This document shows positions 36,701-49,093 of a stretch of DNA of 64,000 nt, piece after piece. Source of the stretch: Oikopleura dioica (Eukaryota; Animalia; Chordata); the NCBI GenBank assembly GCA_907165135.1, contig OU015568.1, forward strand, positions 10,912,001 to 10,976,000, in the 5' to 3' direction. Each line of letters starts with the position of its first letter. Position 1 is the first letter of the stretch. The notes beneath the pieces are model-generated. The model did no database searches and was not told where the DNA came from. It was given only the letters and a program-made list of their open reading frames with translations. The translations under genes were made by a program, and so were the position numbers.

Positions 36701-38592
36701 CCTAATACAAGACATTCGAAATCCAAAGATTATGTGGTGCCGTCATTCTCACGTATTCTCAAGATTAGCTCATCGGCTAACATGACATTCTTACGACACT
36801 CAAGAGACTGTTGGACGCAATTTTTGGGTCGAGATTACGTGTGGATTATTGTTCAAATTATAGATTTGAAGACGAGTTTTTGAATCCCCGTATTTTGAAA
36901 AGATCAGCATTTCAGCAATTTTTTCTCACAGGCAATTCCTCAATTTATACTGACAACAATTTCTAAGCTGTAAATTCAGTTTATAAAACCTCGTCATTGC
37001 CCTTTAAACTGCTGATAAAAATGGCCCGGATGACGACTGGAGTCCAGGACTTGACATCCCCGCGAAATATTTAGTAAGAACAGCCTTATCGAAGGTGTTA
37101 TCGCCAGTATCGTCTTTCAGTTCAAAACTTGGGGGCCACGTTATGTTTTCTAATCTTGTTGCAGGAAAAAGTGTTTCCGATGAGTGACGAGGGCGCCGAG
37201 GAAACCGTTCCCGATTTCGATCAAAGTGCCCACGTGTGCAGCATCAATCAACTGCTCAAGCACACTTACCGAGGCCAGATTGAGCTGACATCATCCGAAG
37301 CGACAATTGCAACGTTCAAACATTCCAGAAGCAAAATAAAAACCGGGAAAATCGAAGGAATTTTCTAATCTCTATCCCAAAAGACTGTTTGCACCCTCAA
37401 AAATATGACTTCCTTACCATCATGACGCAACTGCCTTATAAACTTCGACCAAAAAATAAAAGCACTTCGCGATAAGATTATTTCAAAAGTTTTCGGCTTT
37501 AAAAAACGCTTGAAACTATCAGATTTCTGGCTATTACAAGCAGCGACATTAGAGGTCTTTTAGTTCACACAACCTTGCCCGATAAATCAACCACTATCTC
37601 AAAAAAAGAAAAGGGCCGAAAAGTTTGGATTTTAAAAGCTTAAAAAGTGATAAAACAGCTTGCGACTGCGAACCGCACGTGTCTAATCCTAGACAATTTC
37701 TTGAGAAACAGATCTAACGTGCGAAGGTAGTTAAAGGCCTGAAGGTAGCTTAGTTTGTAAGTTGGCGGTTCAAGCGTGAGGCCTCAATTAGAAGTACTTT
37801 TAAGGAGGATCAGTAGAGAGGTTGAACTGTTTCTAGAAGAAACGTTAACAATTAGAAGCAAATCCTGCTTTTTGGCAGTTTACTGGTTTTCCAAAACCAA
37901 CTTTATCCTCCAGAGCGCGGATTAGCCAAACCTCGAGATGATCGAATTTCAGTCCACTCGAATAAAACGTTTCTCTCTCGTTTTACTAACTATGTTCACC
38001 GAATGAAATTATACTTAAAATTGCATAACGATCCAAGTTCTTTATTAACTAAGATATGGAAATAGCCACAATTACAGTATATCATAGTATCATCCTCTTT
38101 TCTTAGTTGTCAATCAAAAATTAAAATAGCCCATTGTTCTCATACAATTGTATTCTTATAAAGGATATTTTAGTATGATGGAATGTTCCACTTTGTATTT
38201 GAGGAATTGAATTGGATGAGCAATAAATATTGTTTTTGGAAAGATTTTGCTGCTTTGAATAAAAAGGCACCCGAAAAATTGTTAACCCCCTTCTTCGCTT
38301 ATTTATTAAATAAAAAAGAACTGTCTACTGTCGCAGAATTCTTAGTATAAGTACCTTTCGAAGATCTTCGAGCTCTCTGATTAACCTTCGATTTCATCTT
38401 TTTCTTTTACACTTTCAAAAAATCGAGCACTTTGCTTTGGAAGCGATCCCAAGAAGAAATCTGCTGAGGAGGAACATTGTCGCGGGGGCGCCGCAGCGCC
38501 GCGAAGAATATGAGATTTCGCGATCGGAGAAATTCGCGCACATCGCTGGAAACTTGCGGCCTGGATTTATTATTTCCCTTCAATGCATAAAG

Positions 38593-39530
38593 TTATGAAA
38601 ATACATGGTGTAATGTAAAAATTTCTTTATTAAAAATAAGACGGGAGAAGGTTTCAGTGCAGTGAAAAGGTGAAATAGTGATCTCTCTCTCGCTCTTGAT
38701 TTTCAAAAGTAGTGGTCGCCTCTTTTTGATCGGAAGCCTTCCCATTCCTTGTCTAAAAATGAATGTTAAAAAGTCCAAGATTTTTATAATTATTTTACCC
38801 TTCATGGACAGGTCATGAAAAGAGTTGGCAAGTCGTGTCATCGTTGATGTTCTCCGAGGTCGCCACAATTCTTCCATGTCGATGACACTCTTGAAAAAAC
38901 ATTAGAAAATGATTTATATTGTAATGAATTAGTACTTACCGGCATTTCCTGATCGGTAGGTACGATGCAGTCTGGAAGTGGCTGTTTTTCTTCTCTCGTC
39001 GCCACCGTCTCCGAAGATGAGTTCAATTCGATTCTCTCGCCAGTTATCGGAGAAGAATTCGCAGCAGGAGTCCGCAGCAAGCTATGCGGATGTTGCTCAG
39101 GCATCAACACCCCATGTGGCGTAGAAGGCGGCATCACCAATCCGTGAGGATGAGACATTGAAGTCGACAAGCGAGGGTAGTCAGGCGGCATCACATTCGG
39201 GTGAGCGTTGTAGATCGGCATCGCCAGATTTGGCGTCGAAGTAAAAGTCGGATATCCTCGCGTATCATAGCCAGTGTGAACCATCTGCTGTCCGTGATAC
39301 CCAGCAGGCTGTACAATTTGTGGCTGACTTTCTCTGCCCACAGGAAAGTACATCTGCGGGTACGCCGAATAGCTGTGCGGGAGATAGTTCTCATTCTGGC
39401 TTCCTCTCCGATCTTTCCTAAAAAATTTAGTAGTTAAGCCCAGAGTCGGAAGGCTTCTTAGGATAGCTTACCTCTCTTTTGATTTCTTTCTCTTCTCCCT
39501 AAGCTTCTCAAAGTATCTAGCGAAGTTCAT
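38593..39530 (-). CDS. Hypothetical multi-exon Pro/His-rich protein with basic NLS-like motifs
   Basis: ATG at 39530 (MNFARYFEKLREKRKKSKE), gtaagc donor, exon with low-complexity P/H/M sequence, later PIKKRRP. The 3' end is approximate. Confidence 0.5.
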
Positions 39531-40474
39531 TTTTCAAATAAAAACTGAAGGCTAATTTTTCTGGATTTATATTTTTAGTATTGATGGACTGGTTGGTCCG
39601 CAATTGGTCTCAAAATTTTTCGAGTCTGCCCACGTTGACCAAAGCGCCAATGAAAAAAGTTAGTGATTCCTGCGATAACCTTTTAGACCCAAAGAACGAA
39701 CCATTACCTTGAAAGATTTTCGTCAACCGATTTCGGACGTTAAAAAATATTCCGAAAAGTGTGCGGGCTAATTAGCGTTATCAGGCAATTATCCTTGTTT
39801 TACAATCATTTCCGGGGTAAAACATCCCGTAAATTCAAACAACTGCATTTCAAATTACATTCCACTTGCTACCAGTAGCTACGCAGTTATATTGTCAAGC
39901 TAAACAAAATACGTCGTTAAACAAATTATGTATTTATTTCTCCCTCCAGACATGCAGATTCTGCATTGCAGAATATCAAGGACTACCAGCTGGGCTAACG
40001 TAACCCAGCCTTCCGTAAGTGCGTTTCTCCAGCATCTCATTACTATAAATATTTAGTAAATAAGCTGTCGCTTCTAATAAAAATTCCGACGTAATCTCAG
40101 AGCGTCGGAGTATTTGTAAATCTGTTCTAGTGCCCCGTCATCAAAATTAAATCAACGGAAGAGAAGGAGAGTAGTCAGACATTTACAGCTTTCTTCGTAA
40201 TAGATTAGCAGCTTGAATTTTAGATTTAGAATTTTAGAAAGAATAACGACTTTGATCTTTAATAATATTTGACAAAGATACATGTTTCTTGTCAAAGAAA
40301 ACAAATAATGAAAAGTGACCTTTCCTTGGTAGGAGAAAAAGCTTCAGTGCCTGCCTATAAAAGTCCTGTAAATAGACGGTTGCCATGATCCGGTTCCTTA
40401 TGGATTCCCTAGTCAAATAGAGAGCCAGATACGGACCGAGATAGTAACTGCGGAGGGCTAATTTTGCGGAGAAA

Positions 40475-40947
40475 ATGGGATGCGAAAGCTCAAAAGTAGC
40501 AGATGTAGAAGTTCCGGAGTCAAATATTTTCGATGACGCGCCGAGAGAACCTACCACCGGTAATTCTAGCGCAGAAAAGCATCCCAACGAGGTAAATTGT
40601 TTCTTATTTGTTTACGAATTGAACTTCAGCCTCAACAAATAATCGAAGACCTTCTCGAGAAGAACAAGAACTTGCACCTCCGAACTGAGCAGCTTTGGAA
40701 AATCATAGAGGACCAATCGGACTGCATCAAAAAAGCGGAAGAAGCGCAGAACGAGCAAAAACGACTGATTGAAGAAGCTTTTGAGACAATCCGTCGAGAA
40801 GCTCCAGAAGCGTCTGCTCCAACAATGACTGCCTTGAACACTCAGAGAGATCATTGTCATCAAACTAGCCTGCGATTTTTCCAACACATGCAGCAAATTC
40901 ACGAGTATCCGCCTAGGGATGATAATCTTTATCCTGTATTAAATTAA
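40475..40947 (+). CDS. Small coiled-coil protein with N-terminal MGCxxS acylation motif (copy 1)
   Basis: Exon 1 MGCESSKVAD... (40475-40591), 38-nt GT-AG intron, exon 2 PQQIIEDLLEKNKNL... Confidence 0.65.
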
Positions 40948-41142
40948 AACACAAAATATGTCGTTTTTAACTTTATTTTTTTTTCAATCAATGGAACTTC
41001 CATCATGGAAGACAGATATTATGGGAGGATTAAAGGAAGCATCTGTTATAGCAGTGATACCAGAAACTCTGGTAAATTGGAAGCGGAAATTTAAACCTAG
41101 TTTTTGTTTTTATAAATACAGCTCATAAACGGAAAGTCTTCA

Positions 41143-42563
41143 TTACAAAGCCATCGCATCCATGGGATTTGGCTCGTCAGGTTCTGGTTCGTGCTGCTTG
41201 CTTGCGAAGAATTTCTCCTTTTCGAACTTGAGTTGCTCTGCTTGAAGCTGGTTGGCTTCTTTTAGCAGTTTGTTGCGTTCGTTTTCGATCATGTTGAGTC
41301 TGTTCATTTGAGACTCCATGTTCATTTGGTGAATCCTTCCTTCTGCTCGGGCACCTTCCATGGCTTCGGCAAGTCGCTGAAGGAGCTTTGAATTGGTTTC
41401 TTGTTTGTTTTAGTAAAAAGAGTTTACGATCTATATAATATAGACTGTAACATGGCTAAATACATCAAGGTCGTAAAAGTTAACCAACTTAATAAACAAG
41501 CAATTTAAGAAACCGTTCCTTGAGAGCTTGATTAGATGAAAGAGCTTCGGCACCAGAGCTCTCCTTATTCAAGTTTGTATTGTTGATCATCTCGATCTCC
41601 TCGTTGTTGTCAGGTTCGTTCTCCATCGGCGAGTGGTCGATTGAAAATGGAAAAGAATAAACGCTTCCAACGAAAGAGCCTTTATCTCTGAAGAAGCAAT
41701 TTTAATTTCAAATACTTTATAGCTGGCGTTATATAAATGCTGTGACATAAAAAGTTATAAAAATAGATAGAGACGACGCCTGAAAGGATGAGGATTAATT
41801 GGACATAATTGGAGAAAAAGTACGAGTAATTTGAATTCTACAATCTGCTTACTTTTGGGGTCGGTAGATTTGCTTGAAAGCATGGTAGTGACGCATCTGC
41901 TTGACCTCTTCAAAGTTTTGCGTTTCATGGGCCTTGTGGAGTTTCTGTAGGTAAACCTTCTTTAGATTTCGATATTTTTGAGATGCGTCTCCCTGTGCCA
42001 AAGGCCCGTACTCGCTGAACAGATCGGTTCGCTCGCTGATGACTTGATTGAGTCGACGCGCGCAGTCCCGCCAGAACTCGGACTTTGTTATTCGCGGTGT
42101 GCCGTCCGTGGAGATACGAGCGTTCGCCGGCTCATTGTCGCGGAAGATCTGAGAATAATTGTTTATGACCGGCTGGTCAGACGCTCGAGCGGCATCATCA
42201 AAAGGAATCAATGGAACGCTTCCCGATGAGTCATATAAATTCATGAAATAGTTTTTAATGAATAACTTACATGTCGGTTTTCAAGCGAGTATTTCATCAG
42301 CTCGACTTCAAGAAGATAGTCACCCGGCTTCCAAATTGATTCGTTTGGTTTCATGGGTTTCAGAGTCGGTGGAGCTGCAGTCGGTGATTCCTTCGCGTCC
42401 ATTGCTGCTTGCCAAACAACGAGATCATTCATCAGCACTTGATTGACGGATGAGCCCAGTAAAATATTTGGCTGTGTGGTTACCCTAACTGTTTTTTGAG
42501 AATTCTCGGTTGTTATCGCAGGCTTTGTTAGACCGGTTGGCAGAGGGTAGATCTCAATGGCTC
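41143..42563 (-). CDS. Myb/SANT-like (MADF/trihelix) DNA-binding protein with C-terminal coiled coil (copy 1)
   Basis: IWKPGDYLLEVELM...NLYD...FWRDCARRLN...ASQKYRNLKKVY follows the trihelix W..IA..L...C..KW.NL...Y pattern. Coiled-coil last exon. The 5' end is uncertain. Confidence 0.55.
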
Positions 42564-44367
42564 TGAATAAAAGAGTTAGTCAACCAGTAGACGAGATAAA
42601 GGAAGTAAGCTGTTCCGTTTTACGCTCGGGAAACATTGAAAAATGGACTCAGATTCCGAGCTTTGGAGTCCGATTATCATGAATATCTCTACTAAGTATG
42701 ACAAATAAATCTAAAATTAGTTTGATTCACGACTTCCAGTTGATATGTTAACCAGAATGAACAATCTAAAATTAAGAAAAATACTTATTTTGCTCCTTCG
42801 TACGAGTTAGTCTCTAAATATAAGTCCTTACGCTCCAGAGATTATATCGAAGGGAAGCGGGTTGTCTTATATAATATTGTTATGTAAATTATGATACTAT
42901 ATAAGTCGAATTAAATCGTAAAATTGCGAAAACCTTCTGCTATCTTGACTAAAACTCTCTTCGAAAACGCACCGATCGGTAGTAAAAAGTGAATTTTTTG
43001 GTATGTTTTCGTTGCTCATTGCGCACCGCTTGGGAGTCGTAAAAAAAAGAAAGGAAAATCTCAACTACCCAGCCGGTAAAAAGTGATCGACCACCGTGGA
43101 TCATTGTCTAGAAAGAGCATTATTTGAGGCTGTTGCGAAACGCATTATGATCCCACGAGTCACCTTAGTGCCATCTGAGGAAGTGCGGCAAAATTTACCA
43201 TTAGGGACCTTACTTTTGGAAGTTTTAGCTTGAATGATTTTCTATGTTGTTTTGTTCTCTTTGTTATTTTCGTTGAGAGTGCGCGGTGTTTCCCCTCGAG
43301 GCGTGTACGTGTGTGTGGGGCAGTGTGTGCCTGGCTCGCTATTTCAGTGTTATGAGTGCCCTCTCGCGCCGCATCTGGTTGGTGCCGCCCGTTCCCCAGT
43401 GCGTAACGTTTCAGCGCGCGCTGATGGAACTGGCGGTGCTGCCCTGTGGCGTGTGACCTCTTTTCTCTCCCTTTGCATCGGCCAGCTGACGTAATGGCGT
43501 CCTGCCATGCTTATCTTAAGAGTTTTCTTGAATCAGTGATGTCCCGCGGCGCGTGACCACCGCGCGCGCGCTACAGGCCCAGAACAGAAGGCCAGAGGTC
43601 GATCTTTGTTTGAACAATCATTCACACGAAGGAAAAAGGAAACCAAAAATAACATGAACCCGAAAGGAAACTGAGTCCAACAAGTAAGTTCAGGAAATGG
43701 CAGCAAATCTGGCAATTTCTTCCTGAAAATAGGAGTCTGATACTATTACCCCGCATCAACCAAAATCGGAAATCAATACGGAGCGGTTGTACGGACGAGC
43801 ATGCGTTCTTATGAGAGAGGCTATCGATTTTGAGTGGGACAAGTTTGGAAGCTTGTTATGAAATGATTGTGAAGTGGAAATTCTCATGACACAATTGTTA
43901 TAAAGTAGTCGTTATGAAATTAAATGACGTGCTTATTTATATTTCAAAAACTTGAGCTAAAGTTCTTCATTATCAAAAGGTAACGTATGATGATTTGATG
44001 ACGTTTTCGAAGTAAACGTATTGTGTCGAATGTCAAGAATTACAATAAGAATACCGGACTCAAAATATGTTATACTTTGAAACTGAAAACCTAGTTTCAT
44101 TCAAAAAATCAAATCTGTTTTTCCCTGTCTTCAAAATTGGAGCCCGGGTTACACTTTGTGCTCCAAGCAAATAAAGCTGAAAATCTCTGCAAATTTGCAC
44201 AAAGCGGTTGGTTGCGTGCTTATTCCTGAGACAACAATAACGCCTTGAAATAGCCCAGTCTTCTCGAAGGGGCTATTTTTTGTGTTTAGGGTGATAAGTT
44301 ACATATTAGTATTTAAGTTTTGAACAGGACAGGTAATTGTAAGTTAAATGCAGAATTACGTCTAAAT

Positions 44368-47300
44368 TTAATAGCTTCGTCCGAACATGGTGACAGCCTT
44401 CACTTTTCGCTCGCATCCAGGACAGATACAGGCCTTTTCGTTCTCAGTCAGTTCTCCCTTTGGTGCGAATGGCATGCACAATCCCTTCGCTCCCATGGAT
44501 GGAGCTCCTGCTTCTACGTCTAAACCAGCAGAGGACAGTTCCTTGATTCTGTCTTCGCATTCTGGCAAGTCACAATAAGGAGCTTGAATGAGCTTGCCCT
44601 GGGAGAGGGCACCGCAGAACTCCTTCCACGCACGATCATTTTCATCCTTGACGATATTTTCGGTAGTAGAAACTCGAACAAGGTTCTCGTTTAGTTCTCT
44701 CTGAGCCTTCTTGAACATGTCAGATTGGATGTTATCCAATGTTTCCAAAACAGTATTCTTCGCAATGAATGGGACAGTAAGAATGCCGGAATGAGTAACC
44801 TAGAATTAACATAAATCTGACGAATAAAGAATTATTCCCTACCTTCTCCATGGTATCTCGTCGAGCAAAGACGGCCGTATTTGCTTCAAGATCCTTTGGT
44901 CCGATTTCGATTCGGAGTGGGACACCCTGGAGCTCCCAGTCGTTGAACTTCCACCCGGGCTTCTTGTCATCTCGGAGATCGGCGTGAGCTCGAACGCCGA
45001 ATTCTTAAAAATAACTTCTTTAGACGTCATTTCATATTTTAAATTACCCTTGAGCTGAGTTTCAAGCGCCTTGCAAGCACCAAAGAGTGCTGCTTTGTCC
45101 TCTTCAGTTTTGGTTGCTCCGCAAGGAACGATGACAGCTTGGTATCGAGAAACCTTTGGTGGGATAACCAGGCCCTTGTCATCAGCGTGGACCATGATCA
45201 AAACACCAATAGTTCGGGTTGTAATGCCCCACGAGTTCTGGTAGGCGAATTCTCGAGCACCCTTGCCCTTCGACTCGTCCTCGAATGAGATGTTGAACAT
45301 TTTCGAGAAGTTCTGGCCAAGATGATGAGAAGTGGCACCTTGGATAGCTCGCCCAGCAGCCTTGATGTAAGCTTCGACAGTGGTAGTGTAGTCGCCACCA
45401 GCGAACTTTTCTTTGATCGTCTTCTTTCCGGGAACCGTGGGAATGGCGAGGAGATCTTCGTAAACCTGTCGATACAAGTCCAAGATCTGCATAACTTCTT
45501 TCTCGGCTTCAGGCTTTGTGGCGAAAGCGGAGTGACCTTCTTGCCAAAGGAACTCTCGAGTTCGAAGGAACGGAGTTGGATGTTTGAATTCCCATCGAAC
45601 AACATTGCACCATTGGTTCATTTTGATTGGAAGATCTCGGTGAGACTGACATCGTTTTGCGTATATCGGGTACATAACAGTTTCGGAAGTGGGTCGAATG
45701 GCGATAGGTTCAGCAAGCTCAGTATCACCAGATTTAGTTACCCAGGCGACTTCAGGGGCGAAGTCCTCGATGTGCTCCTTCTCCTTTTCAAGAGCAGCTT
45801 GAGAGACAAACATGGGGAAGTAGCAGTTCTCGACTCCGAGTTCCTTGATGTTCTTGTCGAAAAAGTCCTTGATATGCTCCCAGATATTGTAAGCAGCGGG
45901 AAGAAGAACATAGCAGCCAGACACATCGTAGTACTCAATCAAGCCTGCCTTGGTGATGGTCTGCTGGAACCAGGTTGGCAGATCTTCGTCTTTCTTGGCT
46001 TCAACTCCAAGGCGAGTTTCGCCCTTCTTTGGGGCTTGAGCTTGCTTGGGAGCCTTTTCTTTCTTGGCAGGCTTAGCTGCTGGTTTGGCAGCGGGTGCAG
46101 CACTAGCACCTCCAGTTGGTGGTTTGTTGGCGTCATATTTCTGACCTGATGCAGCTTCATATTTTACTTTTCGGTCTTTCAATTCCCCTACTGCAGCCGT
46201 GATGTCTTCTTTCGAAGCCTTTTCAGCCTTGAGCTTTCGAACCTTCTCTCCCTGCTCGACGGTGTGTTTCCACAAGTCCATATGTGGGCTAGCAGCGGAA
46301 GTCGCGGCAGCGGCAGGTACAGGAGCAGCAGCCGATCCACCAGCAGGCTTCTTGTTGGCGTCGTAGTCGGTACCTGATACTTTCTTGAATGTCTCTTTCA
46401 ATTCTTTAAGTTTTCCGACGGCAGCCATGATTTCATCCTTTGATGCTTTCTTGGCTTTCAGTTCTCTGAATCACAGAGTAAACATGACTTATCGATAATG
46501 ATTTGGCCTACCTAACAGCGTTTCCTTGGGCAGTAGTAGCTTCCCAGGCAGCAAGAGCTCCAGAGGGAGCTGCGGAAGTAGAGGCCGCAGCGGGAGCACT
46601 GCCAGCTGGTTTCTTTTTCGCATCATAGTCGGATCCAGTTTTTGCCTTGAATTCCTTCTTCCCTTCAAGGAGTTTGGTAACAGCAGCAGTTACTTGGTCC
46701 TTTGGTGCTTTGGCAGCTTTGAGTTGACGGACAGCATCGCCAAGTTTAGTGACTTCTTCCCAAAGGGCAAGATCACCAGAGGAAGAAGCGGGCGCAGCGG
46801 CAGCATGAGCAGGCGCAGGAGAAGCACCACTAGCGGGCTTCTTATTCGCATCATAATCCTGTCCAGTCTTGGCCTTGTAGTTCTTCTTTCCATCAAGTAG
46901 TTTGTCCACAGCAGCTTTGACCTGGTCTTTAGGAGCTTTGGCGGCCTTGAGGTCTCGGACTGATTGCCCTAGTTTAGTAACCTCCTCCCAGAGAGCGAGG
47001 TCACCACCAGAGGCAGCGGCTGAAGCAGCTTGATCGGGGACTGGAGCAACTCCACCAGTAGGTTTCTTGTTAGCGTCATAATCTTTGCCAGTTTTAGCCT
47101 TGAAATTCTTCTTGGCTTCGAGAAGCTTGTTCACGGCGGCTGTAACTTGATCCTTCGGAGCTTTAGCAGCTTTAAGATCTCGGACAGCAGTGCCGAGCTT
47201 GTTGACTTCTTCCCAGAGTGCCAACTCAGACGAGGCACCTCCTGCTGCAGGGGTAGTAGGAGCGGAAGCACCACCAGCGGGCTTCTTTTTAGCATCGTAA

Positions 47301-47780
47301 TCTTGTCCTGTCTTTTCTTTGTAGTTCTTCTTTCCCTCGAGAAGTTTGTTCACAGCAGCCGTGACCTGGTCTTTAGCAGCCTTAGCCGTCTTGAGTTCGC
47401 GGACAGCATCGCCAAGTTTGGTAACTTCCTCCCAAAGAGCGAGGGCATCTCCGGCGGGCTGTGCGGGAGCAGCAGCAGCTTGACCGGGCGCAGCTTTCTT
47501 GGTGCCTTTTCCTCTAACTTGCTCTTTCGCTGGTTGGGAAGCTTGCTTGGCTCCAGTCTTTGCGACTTCCTTCGTTCGGCCGTCTGGAATTGAGAAGAGA
47601 ATAGCTGGAGTCTCCTGGAAAGTTGCACCGTTGGCTGGCTTGTAGGGTTGATCGACTCGATAGAATCCACGTCGCTGGATCTGGATGATGTCACCTTCTT
47701 TGCAGTCTCGCAACTGTTGGTCGCAAAGAAGATTCTCAGCTCGTCGCGAGTCTCGGTTGATATAGTTTTTGAAGTCATCA
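44368..47780 (-). pseudogene. EPRS1: 5'-truncated EPRS duplicate: GluRS C-terminal tail, six WHEP repeats and complete ProRS (status unknown; possible stand-alone ProRS)
   Basis: Identical to the 3' half of the full gene, reading frame intact. The listed ORF start at 47818 is GTG; the first in-frame ATG is at 46428. Confidence 0.75.
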
Positions 47781-48426
47781 AGTAAATTCAAACAACTGCA
47801 TTTCAAATTACATTCCACTTGCTACCAGTAGCTACGCAGTTATATTGTCAAGCTAAACAAAATACGTCGTTAAACAAATTATGTATTTATTTCTCCCTCC
47901 AGACATGCAGATTCTGCATTGCAGAATATCAAGGACTACCAGCTGGGCTAACGTAACCCAGCCTTCCGTAAGTGCGTTTCTCCAGCATCTCATTACTATA
48001 AATATTTAGTAAATAAGCTGTCGCTTCTAATAAAAATTCCGACGTAATCTCAGAGCGTCGGAGTATTTGTAAATCTGTTCTAGTGCCCCGTCATCAAAAT
48101 TAAATCAACGGAAGAGAAGGAGAGTAGTCAGACATTTACAGCTTTCTTCGTAATAGATTAGCAGCTTGAATTTTAGATTTAGAATTTTAGAAAGAATAAC
48201 GACTTTGATCTTTAATAATATTTGACAAAGATACATGTTTCTTGTCAAAGAAAACAAATAATGAAAAGTGACCTTTCCTTGGTAGGAGAAAAGCTTCAGT
48301 GCCTGCCTATAAAAGTCCTGTAAATAGACGGTTGCCATGATCCGGTTCCTTATGGATTCCCTAGTCAAATAGAGAGCCAGATACGGACCGAGATAGTAAC
48401 TGCGGAGGGCTAATTTTGCGGAGAAA

Positions 48427-48898
48427 ATGGGATGCGAAAGCTCAAAAGTAGCAGATGTAGAAGTTCCGGAGTCAAATATTTTCGATGACGCGCCGAGAGA
48501 ACCTACCACCGGTAATTCTAGCGCAGAAAAGCATCCCAACGAGGTAAATTGTTTCTTATTTGTTTACGAATTGAACTTCAGCCTCAACAAATAATCGAAG
48601 ACCTTCTCGAGAAGAACAAGAACTTGCACCTCCGAACTGAGCAGCTTTGGAAAATCATAGAGGACCAATCGGACTGCATCAAAAAGCGGAAGAAGCGCAG
48701 AACGAGCAAAAACGACTGATTGAAGAAGCTTTTGAGACAATCCGTCGAGAAGCTCCAGAAGCGTCTGCTCCAACAATGACTGCCTTGAACACTCAGAGAG
48801 ATCATTGTCATCAAACTAGCCTGCGATTTTTCCAACACATGCAGCAAATTCACGAGTATCCGCCTAGGGATGATAATCTTTATCCTGTATTAAATTAA
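48427..48898 (+). CDS. MGCxxS coiled-coil protein (copy 2; apparent 1-bp frameshift at 48681-48685)
   Basis: Same as 40475-40947 except A5 instead of A6. Confidence 0.55.
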
Positions 48899-49093
48899 AA
48901 CACAAAATATGTCGTTTTTAACTTTATTTTTTTTTCAATCAATGGAACTTCCATCATGGAAGACAGATATTATGGGAGGATTAAAGGAAGCATCTGTTAT
49001 AGCAGTGATACCAGAAACTCTGGTAAATTGGAAGCGGAAATTTAAACCTAGTTTTTGTTTTTATAAATACAGCTCATAAACGGAAAGTCTTCA

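Larger units (their letters stand above)
39829..47780. repeat. Tandem segmental duplication, copy 1 (7952 bp)
   Basis: Near-identical to 47782-55724; junction ...gtcatca-A-gtaaattc... with one untemplated base at 47781. Confidence 0.97.

Noticed and set aside
44248-44278. AAATAGCCC...GGGCTATTT hairpin plus T-run as an intrinsic terminator
   Set aside because: Rho-independent terminators are bacterial; here it is a short stem near the EPRS 3' end and may be chance.
45322-46149. Long + strand ORFs opposite EPRS, RPL10A, RPL22 and APC (e.g. 275 aa here and at 53267-54094)
   Set aside because: These are antisense shadows of strongly codon-biased genes with no recognisable domains.
47781-47818. 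Apparent new ATG (MECNLK...) fused in frame to the truncated EPRS
   Set aside because: The codon at 47818-47816 is GTG, preceded by an in-frame TAG; it is an alternative-start artefact of the ORF track.
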